Assembly (NCBI RefSeq): GCF_963921235.1
Contig: NC_086097.1
Coordinates: 12,586,001 to 12,650,000, forward strand
Source of the DNA: Mobula hypostoma
Lineage: Eukaryota
Reading direction: 5' to 3'
DNA length: 64,000 nucleotides
Made by a program: the position numbers and the translations under genes. The notes beneath the pieces were generated by a model. It searched no databases, was not told the DNA's origin, and was given only the letters and a program-made list of their open reading frames with translations. Shown here in pieces: positions 1 through 11,640 of the stretch (the first letter of the stretch is position 1; every line of letters begins with the position of its first letter).

Positions 1-1865
1 CCCGGATGGTATGATGCCTCCTAGGAGCCAGGGTCAGGGATGTCTCCGACTGGGTCCACGGCATTCTAAAATGGGAGGGTGAACAGCCAGACATTCTGGT
101 GCATATTGGCACCAACAACACACAGTAGACAGGAAAAGGAAAGAGGTCCTGAAGAGAGAATATAGAGGTAGGATGTTCGGCAGAAAGCTGAAAAGCAGGA
201 GCTCCAGGGTTGTAATTGTAAATGGATTGCTGCCTCTGTCATACACTAGTGTGGGTAAGAATTGAATAATTTGGCAGATGGATGCATGGCTGAAGAATTG
301 GTGCAGGGGCCAGGTTCCAGATTTATGGATCATTAGGATCTCTTCTGGGAATATATGACCTATTCAAAAGGAGCGAGTTACATTTGAACCCAAAGGGGAC
401 CAATATCCTTGCAGGCAGGTTTGCTAGAGCTGTCTGGAAGGGTTTAAACTAATTTGGCAGAGGGATAGGAACAGGAGTAATAGGACAGAGGATGGGGCAG
501 TTGGTATACAACTAGATGCAGTGTGTAATGAGACCAAAAGGAAGGATGGGCAGATGATAGGGCAAAATTGCAGTCAGTGGGATGAGTTGAAATGTAACGG
601 GGGGCCAAAATGAAAAAGGGCCATTAATGCAGGACTGAAAGTGTTATATCTCAATGCATGCAGTATACGGAATATGGAAGATGATCTTGTAGCACAGTTA
701 GAGGTTGGCAGGTATGATGTTGTGGGCGTCACTGGATCATGGCTGAAAGAAAATCATCATTGAGAGCATAACATCCAAGGATTCACATTGTATCGAAAGG
801 ACAGGCAGGTAGCCTTGGGGGGTGGAGTGGCTCTGTTGGTAAAAAATGAAATAAAATCTTTAGAAAGAGGTGACATAGGATCAGAAGATGTAGATTATTT
901 GTGGGTAGAGTTAAGAAACTACAAGGGTAAAAAGACTGTGGTTTGAGTTACAGTATATACAAGCCTCTGAACAGTAGCCAGGATTTGGGCTGCAAATTAC
1001 AATGGGCGAAAGAAAAGGCACGGAAAAGGGGCTATGTTTTCATAATCATGGGGATTTCAATATGCAGAAAGACTGGGAGAATCTTTTTCCCAATGTGTCG
1101 GATTCCAAGAGAGGGAATCTGCATAATGTCTAAGAGTAGCTTTTAGTTGAGCCCACTAGGGCAAAAGCAATTCTGGACTGGATGTTATGTAACAACTTAG
1201 ATTTGATCAGAGAGCTTAAGGTAAATAAACCCCTAGGGGACATTGAGCATAATATGATAGAATTCACTCAGTGATTTTAAAAGAAGCTAAAATCAGGCAT
1301 GTTGGTATTACAGTGGGGTAAAGGGAATTACAGATGCGTTGGAGAGGAGCTGGCCAAGGGTGATTGGAAGTGGACACTAGTAGGGATAATGACAGGACAG
1401 CAATGGCTGGTGCTTTGGGGGGAAATTCAGAAGGCACAGGAAGAGATATTTTAAAGGGAGGATCAGGCAACTGCGGCAACAAATAAAGTCAAAGACAGCC
1501 TAACAGCCAAAGAGAAGGCAAATATTGCAAAAATCAATGGGAAGTCAGAGAATTGGGAAGCTTTTAAAAACCAGCAGAAGGCAACTAAAAAGATATGAAG
1601 GAATTATAGATGAAATATGAAGGTAAGCTAGCCAATAATATAAAAGAGGATACAAAAAGCCTTTTCGGTATATAAAGAGTAAAAGAGAAATGAGAGTGGA
1701 TAACAGGCTTCTGGAAAATGACGCTGAAGAGATAGTAATGGGCACAAAGAAATGGTGGATGAATTGAATAAGTATTTTGCATCAGCTTTTACTGTGGAGG
1801 ACACTAGCAGTATGTCAGAAATGCAAGAACATCAGGGGCAGAAGTGAGTTTTATTGCTATTATTC
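1..1865 (+). mobile_element. Degenerate CR1-type LINE, 5' part (ORF1 esterase-like region, APE endonuclease and linker)
   Basis: Translates in pieces to CLLGARVRDVSD..ILKWEGEQPDILVHIGTNN (ORF1) and a YLNAxSIRN-type APE start near 640; many stops and frameshifts; homologous to 34231-34530 and 44060-46240. Confidence 0.85.
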
Positions 1866-1894
1866 TGAGATGTATGTGATTAGTGGACTGTACT

Positions 1895-2212
1895 TTATAT
1901 TGGTTTCTTTCAGGTTTTCAGTGTTTTCTTTCTTGTGGGTGATTGGTGGATGGGCGATCTGTTAATATTTGTGTGTAAGGGGGAGGTGGAGTTTGGATTT
2001 GGTGCTATTGGCGTTGTTCTTTTCTGCGAGTGAGGGGGTTGGGGATTGTTATTGCGGCTGTTTTTTGCTGCGGTGGGGGGGGTTTGGGGTTTGCGAGTTT
2101 TGTTTCTTTTCTTTTTTGTGCTGGTTGGGGGGTTTCTTTCACCAACAACCATGGTCTTTCTGTATTTAATGGCTATCTGGAGAAGACAAATATCAGAGTT
2201 GTATTATACATG
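1895..2212 (+). mobile_element. GT-rich 3' portion of a non-autonomous retroelement
   Basis: GT-rich body ending ATCAGAGTTGTA; similar ending at 13400-13820. Confidence 0.45.
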
Positions 2213-2435
2213 CCTGGCTTGCTGAGTTCCTTCAGCATTTTGTGGTGTGTTACTCTGTAGCTGTACACTTTATTCACTTTATCTTGTACAATCTCAATGA
2301 CCTGTGTAATGATTCGACTTATATGAACAGTATACAAGACAAGATTTTCACTGTACACGTAACCATAATAAACCAATTCAAGTTCCAATTCCAATAAAAG
2401 CATTGGAAAGAGTCAAACTGAACGCCATGTTATCG

Positions 2436-2720
2436 TAATGGTGTAGCATGACGTCTTTACAGCTCATGGCATTGGAGTTCAGAGTTCTATTCCAGCCCTA
2501 CCTGTAAGGAGTTTATACATTCTTCCCATGAGAACATAGGTTTCCTCTGGGTGCTCCGGGTTCCTCCCACAGTCCAAAGAAGTACCAGTTAGTAGGGTAA
2601 TTGGTTATTGTAACTTGTTCTGTGATTAGGTAAGTGTTAATAAGATATAGGTGGGTTACTTCCAGAGCTCCACATGGCCCTGGTCTCAGTGCCTGATCCA
2701 TGCTCTGGCCTTTAATATAA
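2436..2720 (+). mobile_element. HE1-like tRNA-derived SINE (V-SINE core)
   Basis: Core GGTTTCCTCTGGGTGCTCCGGGTTCCTCCCACAGTCCAAAGA; recurs about ten times in the window. Confidence 0.75.
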
Positions 2721-2755
2721 TTTTGTCCCATTGAACAATTAGAGTAATAGAACAC

Positions 2756-3399
2756 TATGATTATGATTATGATTATGAGGACACGCAGTCTCCTTTTATT
2801 GTCATTTAGTAATGCATGCATTAAGAAATGATAAAAATGTTTTTCCAGAATAATATCATGAAAACACATGACAAACCGACTTAAAAACTAACAAAAGCCA
2901 CATAATTATAACATATAGTTACGTCAGTGCAAAGCAATACCATAATTTGATAAGAACAGACCATGGCACAGTAAAAGTCTCAAAGTCTCTCAAAAGTCCC
3001 ATCATCTCACGCAGACGGTGAACCTCCAGTGCAGCCAACTTGCCGATGCAGCATCCTGGAAGCATCCGACCACAGTCCGACTCCGAGTCCGTCTGAAAAA
3101 CTCCGAGCCTCCGACCAGCTCTCAGACACCGATGCACCAAGCACCATCTCTGCCGAGCGTTTCGACCCCAGCCCCGGCGACAGGCGATACGCAAAGCCGA
3201 GGATTTGGGGCCTTCGTCTCCGGAGATTCTCGATCGCACAGTAGCAGCCGCAGCGAAGCAGGCATTTCAGATGTTCCTCTGCGCTTCACGGCTATCCCCA
3301 TCAAATCCAGATTGGTGTACGGCCCCTAGTTACACATATCGATATTCATTCGGAACGGCCGCGCGCGTTGTGTCACACCGCCGTCTTCTCCTCCCTCCT
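2756..3399 (-). mobile_element. ~650-bp non-autonomous retroelement with GC-rich 5' end and short tandem tail
   Basis: Homologous to 48034-48715 and 51835-52519; (TATGAT)n tail on the + strand; splits the CR1 3' tail ATAGAACAC|TACAGC. Confidence 0.75.
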
Positions 3400-3895
3400 A
3401 CAGCGTAGAAACAGGCCCTTCAGCCCATCTAGTCTGTGCTGATCTATTAATCTGCTGAGTCCTATTGACCTACACGCAGACCATTACCTTCCATACTTCC
3501 CATCCATGTAACTATCCAAATTTCTCTTAAATGTTGAAATTGAATCTGTTTCCACCACTTCCACTAACAGTTCATTCCACACTCTCACCACCAGCTAAGT
3601 GAAGAATTTCCCCCTCATGTTCACCTTAATCACTTCATCCTTGCCCCTTAACCCATGACCTCTAGTTCTTGTCTCACCCAAAGTCAGTGGCAAAAACCAA
3701 CTTGCATTTAACTTATCTATACCCCTCATAATTTTGTATACATCTATCAAATTTCCCCCATTCTTCTATGCACTAGGAATAAAATCCTAACTTATTGAAC
3801 CATTCCCTGTGACTCAGGCCCTCAAATCCTGGCAACATCCTTGTAAATTTTCTCTTCACTCCTTTAATCTTATTGTCATTTTTCCTGTAGGCAGG
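3400..3895 (-). mobile_element. CR1 LINE 3' fragment
   Basis: Homologous to the 3' end of the CR1 at 31457-32000. Confidence 0.8.
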
Positions 3896-3984
3896 TCTGT
3901 GAAACTGCAATTGTTACAGAGAATCTGACTGTGCATTAGAACTCAGGACATCAAAAGAGAGCAACATCTAAACACAAGAAATTC

Positions 3985-4090
3985 AGGGGCTGAAGAACGG
4001 TCTCTGGGCTGAAAAGTTGACTGCTTTGTTTATTTCCACGGATGCTGTGTGACCTCCTGAGCTCCTCCATCATTTTATGTATGTTGAGGG
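3985..4090 (+). mobile_element. Penelope-like pLTR fragment with decayed hammerhead
   Basis: CTGAAGA..GAAA..GACTG followed by GATGCTG..GACCT..CTGAG..CCTCCA motif. Confidence 0.55.
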
Positions 4091-4187
4091 TGATATCTAG
4101 ATTGTAGTCTTTATTTTAGTCCCAGGGGAAGTCCCATGACAAAGCTTAAACCTTGATTGCATCATTCTAGATGTGTTGCTTTACACA

Positions 4188-4201
4188 GCGCCCTTTAGTG
4201 A
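4188..4201 (-). promoter_or_regulatory. CTCF-like motif
   Basis: Minus strand TCACTAAAGGGCGC versus consensus CCACYAGRKGGCGC, in non-repeat DNA. Confidence 0.35.
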
Positions 4202-4301
4202 ATATCGCTCGAGAGTGATGGCTATTCTCTATGTCTCTCCCCTTCTCATTACTCTGCCTCCACTAACTTTGAAGGAACCCTTCACAAAGATACCAACTTA
4301 C

Positions 4302-4381
4302 CACCTGGCACCTCTTTCCAAGGGTGACAGATTGATATCAAATTGCATCTTTGAACAGTCCTCTGTTGATGCATAGAAAAC
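4302..4381 (-). CDS. Candidate 80-nt host exon (gene unidentified; may be UTR or lncRNA)
   Basis: Acceptor cctcatcttcctgaatAG, donor GTG|GTAAGT; two open frames (VFYASTEDCSKMQFDINLSPLERGAR and FSMHQQRTVQRCNLISICHPWKEVPG); non-repeat island. Confidence 0.4.
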
Positions 4382-4443
4382 CTATTCAGGAAGATGAGGC
4401 GCTGTATTAATTACGTGCCCTTTTCCTGGTCTTATCTTGTGCA

Positions 4444-4446
<3 letters not shown>

Positions 4447-4486
<40 letters not shown>
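4447..4486. repeat. (AC)20 microsatellite
   Basis: Perfect dinucleotide run. Confidence 0.97.
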
Positions 4487-4489
<3 letters not shown>

Positions 4490-5199
4490 AGTTTCTTAAC
4501 AGTCTTTTATATTAATGCTTTACAGGCAGATTGTGCCTTTAAGCTGGTCATATGCTAAGCCTAATGTTATGATCACCCACCATGACATTAGTTTACTAAG
4601 TCTGTATAAATAGTAATTGTTTGCAAACATTTAACCACCAGTGAATAGTAGCATTTTTCGAGTAGATTCATGCCTGAAAATGCTGTTGTTGGTGCTGTAC
4701 TCACTGACAGTGGCATTAGTACAGCAGGCCCAGAGAGATTTCTTACATTTGGCTGATTTGGAACAACAGTCCACCGTGCGTTTTGATCAAATCTGGTTTT
4801 CAGGCATGTGTGTGCCTCTGTGTTCCGAACTCATAAACAAGTTCATATGGAACACGTTAACCAATGACTAGGAAATCCTCTGCAGGGCAATGGATTTCAG
4901 CTGGGTAAATATTACTGCAAATTCCTCTGTCAAATTAATCTTTCGTGCCTGATTATGAATGGCACAAAGATTAGAGTAAATTACAGCCACTGTCGAGATG
5001 GTATCCCTGCTTGGGTTTTTGGGAATCGGAGGGAGGGTTTTGCAAAGGTTGCGGGAAATTCTTGCTCTCCTGTCCCCCATGGTGTACAGTAAAGCCATGG
5101 GAGAATGTGGGCTGGCGAGTATTAAAGGCAGGCAAATGCTAACATATATATGTCTTTCTTCTGGCTGTTAGTATCATCTGCATCTTAGAATCATTCAAA

Positions 5200-5880
5200 T
5201 AACACACATAAAATACTGCAGGAAATCAGCAGGTCTGGCAGCATCTATGGAAATGAAATGGGTCCATCTAGGTAGCTTCCAAACTAACAGCATGAACATT
5301 GATTTCTTCTTCCAGTAATTTTCCCCATCCCATATAACCATATAACCATACAACAATTACAGCACGGAAACAGGCCATCTCGGCCCTTTTAGTCCCTGCT
5401 GAACTCTTACTCTCACCTAGTCCCACCGACCTGCACTTAGCCCATAACCCTCCATTCCTTTCCTGTCCATAAATCTATCCAATTTAACTTTAAGTGACAA
5501 CATCGAATCTGCCTCAACCACTTCTGCTGGAAGCTTGTTCCACACAGCTACCACTCTCTGAGTAAAGAAATTTCCCCTTATGTTACCCCTAAACTTTTGC
5601 CCTTTAACTCTCAACTGACGTCCTCTTGTTTGAATAACAAACTTGTTTGTCCCCTTCCCTCTTCTTCTATTCCCCACACTGGCTTCTTACCTCTTCTCCA
5701 TAACTGCCTATCTGTCTCCCTGGTGACACTCCTCCTTCACTTTCTCCTATGGTCCACTTTCCTCTCCTATCAGATTCCTTCTTCTCCAGCCCTTTACCAT
5801 TCCCTCCTATCACCTCCCATCTTACTTCATTCACCCCCTCCCACCCACCTGACTTTACCAACCATCTTCTAGCTTGTACT
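5200..5880. mobile_element. Penelope-like fragments interrupted by a CR1 3' end (5331-5634, minus strand)
   Basis: PLE terminal motif and pyrimidine-rich pLTR flank a CR1 3' fragment with a (CATATAAC)n tail. Confidence 0.65.
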
Positions 5881-6449
5881 CTAATCTTGATGCCAATATA
5901 TACTAAATGTTCTCCTCCTGTGTATCATCCTTATCCCTCAATCCCATCATATCCACGTGCCTTAGTATCTAAGAATTCTGAATGGCACCAAACTGCATGC
6001 TTGCACTATCACCCCAGGTAACCCGTTGAAGTCAACACAATGATGCCTCAGGTAATCTGCTGAACTAGAGATCATTTCCAAATAAGAAGTTATTTGTGAG
6101 GTGCTCCTTAGCTGGATATAACATGCAGGTTTTTGACTGTTGAGGTCTGAATCTATTCTGTGTGATTCAAGCTGGTTGCTGATTGAGAACAAAGAGCCAC
6201 AAATTACTAATTGTCACTTGCTGGGAAAAGGGCAATAAATGGTTGCTGGTCTGCAGCGGAGCCAGTGAGAAGGTGTAAAAGGTCAAACACGTGACCTACG
6301 GCCAATGACACTGGAATGTATCGTTCAAATGGTTCGGCACGGCCAAGAAGGGCCAAAAGGCCTGTTTCTGTGCTGTAGTTTCTATGGTTTCTAACTCCTA
6401 GGAGTGCACATGTCACACAACCTCTCATGGTCCCAGAACACATCCTACA

Positions 6450-7300
6450 CGATCAGGAAAACTCACCAATGCTTCTAGTTTCTGAAAAGGCTGAAAAGAG
6501 CTGAACTATTCACAACTACAGGTGTACTCACGTCATTCTGCAGAACCCTAACAACCTGCATCACTGCATGATATGGAGACTGCACTGTGGTGGACAGGAA
6601 AGCTCTACAATGGGTAGTCAAAACTGCCCAACACATCACTAACACCAGCCTACCCTAATGAAAGACAAATATGCAGAAAGGTTCAGGCAAAGGGCCAGTA
6701 ACATCATTAAGGATCCCACCCATCCCATTCATGGACTGTTTGTTCCACTCCCATCAGGGAGGAGGCTACTTAGCATCCAGGCCAGGACCACCAGACTCAA
6801 AAACTGTTACTTTCCACAAGCAGTAAGGCTGATCAACACCTCCACCCACTAACTCACCCACCGCACTCCATCACTCTATCATTTCTCGTCAGTCACCTTA
6901 TGGCCGGCTGATGGCGTAATGGGATCAGCGCCAGACTCTGGAGCAAAGGCTCCCGAGTTCGAATCCAAGTCGGGTCACCCCCGAGTACGCTTCCCATCTG
7001 TGCCGGGTTGAGTGTCGAGCTAGCCACTTGGCCTTGTAAAAAAAAAGGGTCAAGCCAGGAACGTTCATATTGTGACCCAGTTAACCCAAAAGGAGACCAA
7101 TCCTGACACCATGCACCAGACAAGAATGGCTGACTGTCTGGTGCGACGCGCTAAAAAAACCAAAAACCTTATGTACAAACACTCCTGTGCCTAGCGACGC
7201 TTTATGGAAATACAATCAATCTATTTTTTTTTCAAGCTGCATCAGATCCGGAGTAACAATTATTTTGTCCTCCTTTGCACTTGTGTACTGGAAATGATAT
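6450..7300 (+). mobile_element. Rex1/Babar-type LINE 3' fragment
   Basis: ORF 6658-6852 (KDPTHPIHGLFVPLPSGRR..TTRLKNCYFPQAVRL) is the typical Rex1 C-terminus, followed by 3' UTR. Confidence 0.8.
6903..7165 (+). mobile_element. tRNA-derived SINE (tRNA-Gln-like head) inserted in the Rex1 3' UTR
   Basis: A box TGGCGTAATGG, B box GAGTTCGAATCC, A-rich tail, TSD ACCTTATG at 6895-6902 and 7166-7173. Confidence 0.8.
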
Positions 7301-7589
7301 TAAACCCTAAACTTTATAAACAATCTAAAATCAATCCGAATGTACATGGTATTGAAACACATCCTTCAGCTGAGCATCATCACCCACCGGTCACCATCAA
7401 CCACCCATTTACAAAAATCATACACTAACCCCATTTTATTCAGATTCAGATTCATTTATTTATAACATGTACATCGAAATGTGTCAATTATGTTAACTAA
7501 CACACCCAAGGATGTGCTGGGGGCAGCTGCAAGTGTCGCCACATATTCTGGTATAAATATAGTATGCCCACAATACTTGACAGAACAAC

Positions 7590-8506
7590 TTCTTCTTCTT
7601 CTGTCGTCCATCGAAATCTGATGACAACATCCACTCCTTTAATGGTGAGATCTTTGATGACTATACAGTCCTATCCTGGGGCCACAAGCTCTATTGCAGG
7701 TGGGACATGTATATGTGGTAGTGGTGGCAACCATGGCTACATTTCTCCTGGCTCCCTCCTGCTGTCTTCTAGTTATTCTTTCCATCTCCAGAATACGAAC
7801 CCCGTCCCTACACAGCTGTCGCCAAATGGTACGGTGAGCAGCAACATCCTCCAGGTCCTTGGGTCTGATCTTGCACTTCATTAAAGCATTCTTCATCTGA
7901 TCCTTATAGTGCTTCGTCAGCCCTCCAGCTGAGCGTCGACCGTGATGTAGCTGGCCGTATAACACTCGGCAGGGTAGCCGACATGGGGGCATCCTTATCA
8001 AATGCCCCAGCCACTGCAGCTGACGCTGGGTGATCGTGGCCTCAATACTTCTGCAGTTGGTCTTTACAAGTATTTCAGTGTGAAGCGCCCGCTCACACCA
8101 GGTAATTCCCAGGATGCACTGGAGGCAGCTTATGTGGAAGTGCTCCAAGGACTGGATGTGACCAACCCAAGCTTCACAGCTATAAAGGAGGGTGGTGACA
8201 CAGACCGCTTGGTATTCGGCGACCTTTGTGGAGGGACGAAGGCTCCTGTCCTGAAAGATTCTATGCTGAATTCTCCCAAAGGCAGCTGATGCCTGTTTAA
8301 TGTGGCTCTGGATGTCGTCGTCAATGCTGCTATCCTCAGAGAGAATGCTCCCCAGATATGGCACTACTGACAGCTTTTCATCGCCAACGGTGAAGGCAGG
8401 TAGAGTGGGTGGGACACTGGTACTCCACTGGCAAGCCTCTTCTGTCTTTGGTGGTATTGACAGTCAGCCCCATCCTGCTGTATGCTCTCACCACCACAGT
8501 AAGATG
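7590..8506 (-). mobile_element. RTE-clade LINE 3' fragment
   Basis: ORF 7639-8364 YLGSILS..ASAAFGR..TLLYSCEAW..QLQWLGHLIRM..CPTC..HQRSH; (GAA)n tail; possible TSD GAACAAC at 7583-7589 and 8507-8513. Confidence 0.88.
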
Positions 8507-8939
8507 GAACAACACAGAACACAACAAACAACTAAAGAACAACAGCAAAACAAGCCCCTTCCCTCCCTCCCAACCAAACACACACGCAGACAGGCCTCCA
8601 GGCTCCAGCATCCAATTTTCAAAACTCGGTCTTAAACTTTCCAAAACCCAATCCACTTTGATGTTCGGTATAAACACCTTGGTTAGCTGATGTCAGGATC
8701 CTGGACTCCAGGCTCGAGCTCCGGTCTTTGTTGCTTTTTAAGTTGATAGGGATGGTTTTGAGGCCAGGGAGAGGAACTATGGATCAGATTAGTGTTTAGG
8801 GACAGGATTGTTAGGGAGTAAGAGGTCAGATACAGTTTGGGGACATGGATGTAGTGGAGTTTGAGGTCAGGATGGAGTCTAGGCCTCCATTCCAGGCTTG
8901 AAGGCCAGCAATGTGGACATGTGCACAAGAAATAAAAAC

Positions 8940-9140
8940 ACAAGTGAGGTCGTATACATGGGTTCATTGTTCATTAGGAAATCTGATGGCAAAGGGGAAG
9001 AATCTGTTCCTGAAACATTGAATGCATGTTTTCACACTTCTGTACCTTCTACTTGTTGGTAGCAATGAAAAGAGGCCGTGTCCTAGGTGATGAGGACCCT
9101 CAGTGATGGATGCCATCTTTTGGAGGCAACGTCTTTTAAC
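8940..9140 (-). mobile_element. Rex1/Babar 3' fragment
   Basis: HHLGHGLFSLLPTSRRYRS..FRNRFFP motif. Confidence 0.75.
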
Positions 9141-9171
9141 GAGCAGCAAATTGACATTTTGCTTCTTTTAG

Positions 9172-9207
9172 GTAAGGACAAGAAAGGAGGTGCAAAGAGG
9201 AAAATGG
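9172..9207 (+). CDS. Candidate 36-nt cassette exon (GKDKKGGAKRKM) or recursive-splice exon
   Basis: Branch-like TTGAC, acceptor attttgcttcttttAG, donor TGG|GTAAGT; length is a multiple of 3 and the phase-1 frame is open. Confidence 0.35.
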
Positions 9208-9351
9208 GTAAGTGGAGGTAAGGTTCATTAAGTAGTGATCTCGTGGGATGGTGAAGAATAAGAAGTTCATTAAACATACTAACTTATGCATGGCCAATCA
9301 CAGATGGGCAATAAATATTAGTTTTCTCGTGTCTATGAAAGAACACACCCA

Positions 9352-9972
9352 AAAGGACCACAACCTTGTTGTGATTTGGAGGCTTGCATTCCTCAATGAC
9401 CCGGAGAGCTGTGCTGACTTAAGTCAGGGTCTTATCCTCTGGCTCTTGGTAGTGATGGCGCGTGGCCAAGTGGTTAAAGCGTCGATCTAGTGATCTGAAG
9501 GTCTCTAGTTCGAGCCTCAGCTGAGGCAGCATGTTGTGTCCTTGAGCAAGGCACTTAACCACACATTGCTCTGCGACAACACCGGTGCAAAACTGTATCG
9601 GCCCTAGTGCCCTTCCCTTGGACAACATCGGTGGCGTGGAGAGGGGAGACTTGCAAGGTTCCATAACAACCTTGCCCAGGAAACCTTCCAAGGTGCAAAT
9701 GCATGGTCTCACGAGAGTAACGGATGCTTATATATATCTTGGTAGGGTCACCCATGCCAAACAGGTCAAAGGGTAAAGGTTAGATTAAGAGTGGTCCATC
9801 GGTCCTCCAGGTTTGGGGGTCCAGATCAGGTCTAACAACACTGAGTGGCAAAACAGAACTACTATGGAAACAGCAATGATTAATCCTCCTACATCTGAGT
9901 GGACAAGGACAGATAGAGATGTAGGACCTTCATTGCTGCCTTAAGTGCCAGCAGCTTAACAGCAGTGAGTAA
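9352..9972 (+). mobile_element. RTE/Expander 5'-leader-derived non-autonomous element, split by a SINE
   Basis: ACCACAACCTTGTTGTG..GGCTTGC..CCTCAATGACCC..GGTAGGGTCACCCATGCCAAACAGGTC resembles fish RTE (Expander/Rex3) 5' ends; continuous across the SINE TSD. Confidence 0.6.
9453..9736 (+). mobile_element. Young tRNA-derived SINE family A, copy 1
   Basis: A box TGGCCAAGTGG, B box AGTTCGAGCC; TSD TCTTGGTAG at 9444-9452 and 9737-9745. Confidence 0.9.
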
Positions 9973-10274
9973 ATGAAAGAACAGTAAGAGTGCAGCTGAA
10001 AAGACTCTATACCCCAGACTTGCTTGATTACTATTTCCCTAGTTCTCTCTGCACTTGGAACCAGTAAACTATTAATGTGTACACTATCACACAGAAAATT
10101 AAGGATCTGCTAACTCTGTCACTCTTTCCATAGGTGCTTCCTGGCCTTCTGAGTGATTCCAGCATTTTTAAAAAGGCAGACACTAGTAGTTGATCAAAAA
10201 TAAATATGGCGCAGTTAATGTTATTCCAGATAAAGACGGGAAATTATTTTCTCCCATTTTGGCAGTTGGAAGGA

Positions 10275-10553
10275 ATCTAGAGTTAAGGGTGAAAGGTGTA
10301 AAGTTTAAGGGGAACATGAGGGGATAATTCTTCACTCAGAGGATGGTAAGAGTGTGGAATGAGCTGCCAATGGAAGTAGAGGATGTGGGTTCAATTTCAA
10401 TATTGAAGAAAAATTTGGACAAGTACATAGATGGGAGGGTTATAGAGGGCTATGGTCCAGATGCAGGTCAATGGGACTAGGCAGATTAATTGTTCAGCAT
10501 CGACTAGATAGGCCAAAGGGCCTGTTTCTGTGTTGTAGTGTTCTATGACTCTA
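10275..10553 (+). mobile_element. CR1 3' fragment
   Basis: GTTAAGGGTGAAAGG..GGGCCTGTTTCTGTGTTGTAGTGTTCTATG end. Confidence 0.8.
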
Positions 10554-11514
10554 ATCAAACCCACAAGACTTCCTAATTTACTGCCTGATGGTGCAGTGGA
10601 GGCAGAAAGCTTCATCACCATTTAAAATGCAGCTGGATGAGAACCCAACGGGTTCTTCAGAGCTGTGGGCCGAGTACTGATAGTTCAGTTTTGGCTGGCT
10701 GAATAGCTTCAATACATCTCAGAAAGTTCCTGCCTCTTTTATCATATGAGATATACTGTATTTTTATCGTTGAATCTTTATGATTCAGATTAGCAGTTAT
10801 ATGATGGATTACGGTAGTAATCAGCAACCTTGGCCATTTAGTACATTCAAGGCAGATCTGAGGATAGCAATTTGATTAGACTAAAAACACAGGAGATTCT
10901 GCAGATGGTGGAAATCCAGTGTTACGCTTAGAAGATCAAGCAGTATCTACAGAGAAGAATAAAGAGACCACACTTTGGGTCAAGACCCAGGTAATTATAC
11001 TTAAACTTAAAAACAGAGAACAAACAAAATATTCAGCAGGTCAGATGTGTAAAGGCTAATTCATTTGAAGATATAAGCATGAAAGTAAATCACTTGCTTT
11101 AACAGTGGGCAAAATTAACTGCAATATAGTGCTTCATGTTGCTGAGGAACTGACAGCCTGGCGTTCTAGCATGGTGGGTCAGAAGACTGGGTTAGGGGCA
11201 ACTATGGGGTCAAGCCAGATTTTAATTTGTTCCTTAGTTATGCATTAGGCAATATTTCAACTGGCTTGCCATTCCATGTTCAAAGTGGCTAACCAGAATG
11301 GGAATCTACTTCTGTTTTGGCCTCGGACAGTCTAATGTTAAGATGCTGGGTCCTAGAAAGGTCTAATACTAGGTGGGGCTAGGATTAATGCTCTTGGTTT
11401 TTATTATATAAATGGTAAAGAAGAAAAGAAGTACATTTCTGAATAACCTTTGAGCACAGTGGTCTATAAACAATGCTCTCAAATTAAAGTTATTGTATAT
11501 AGCTTTAATATAGG

Positions 11515-11640
11515 AGAACTGATGAAGGGTCTCAGCCCAGAAAATTAACTGTTTATTCCCCTGCATAGATGCTGACTGACTTGATGAGTTCCTCCATAGT
11601 TTCGTATGTGTTGCTAAAGAATTCTTCAGAATCTCTCGTG
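11515..11640 (+). mobile_element. Penelope-like pLTR fragment with decayed hammerhead
   Basis: CTGATGAAGGGTCTCAGCCCAGAAA plus GATGCTG..GAGTTCCTCCA. Confidence 0.7.

Noticed and set aside
9453..9530. tRNA gene-like heads (also near 6903, 12590, 23727 and 26052)
   Set aside because: They continue into SINE bodies flanked by TSDs; no proper cloverleaf or terminator
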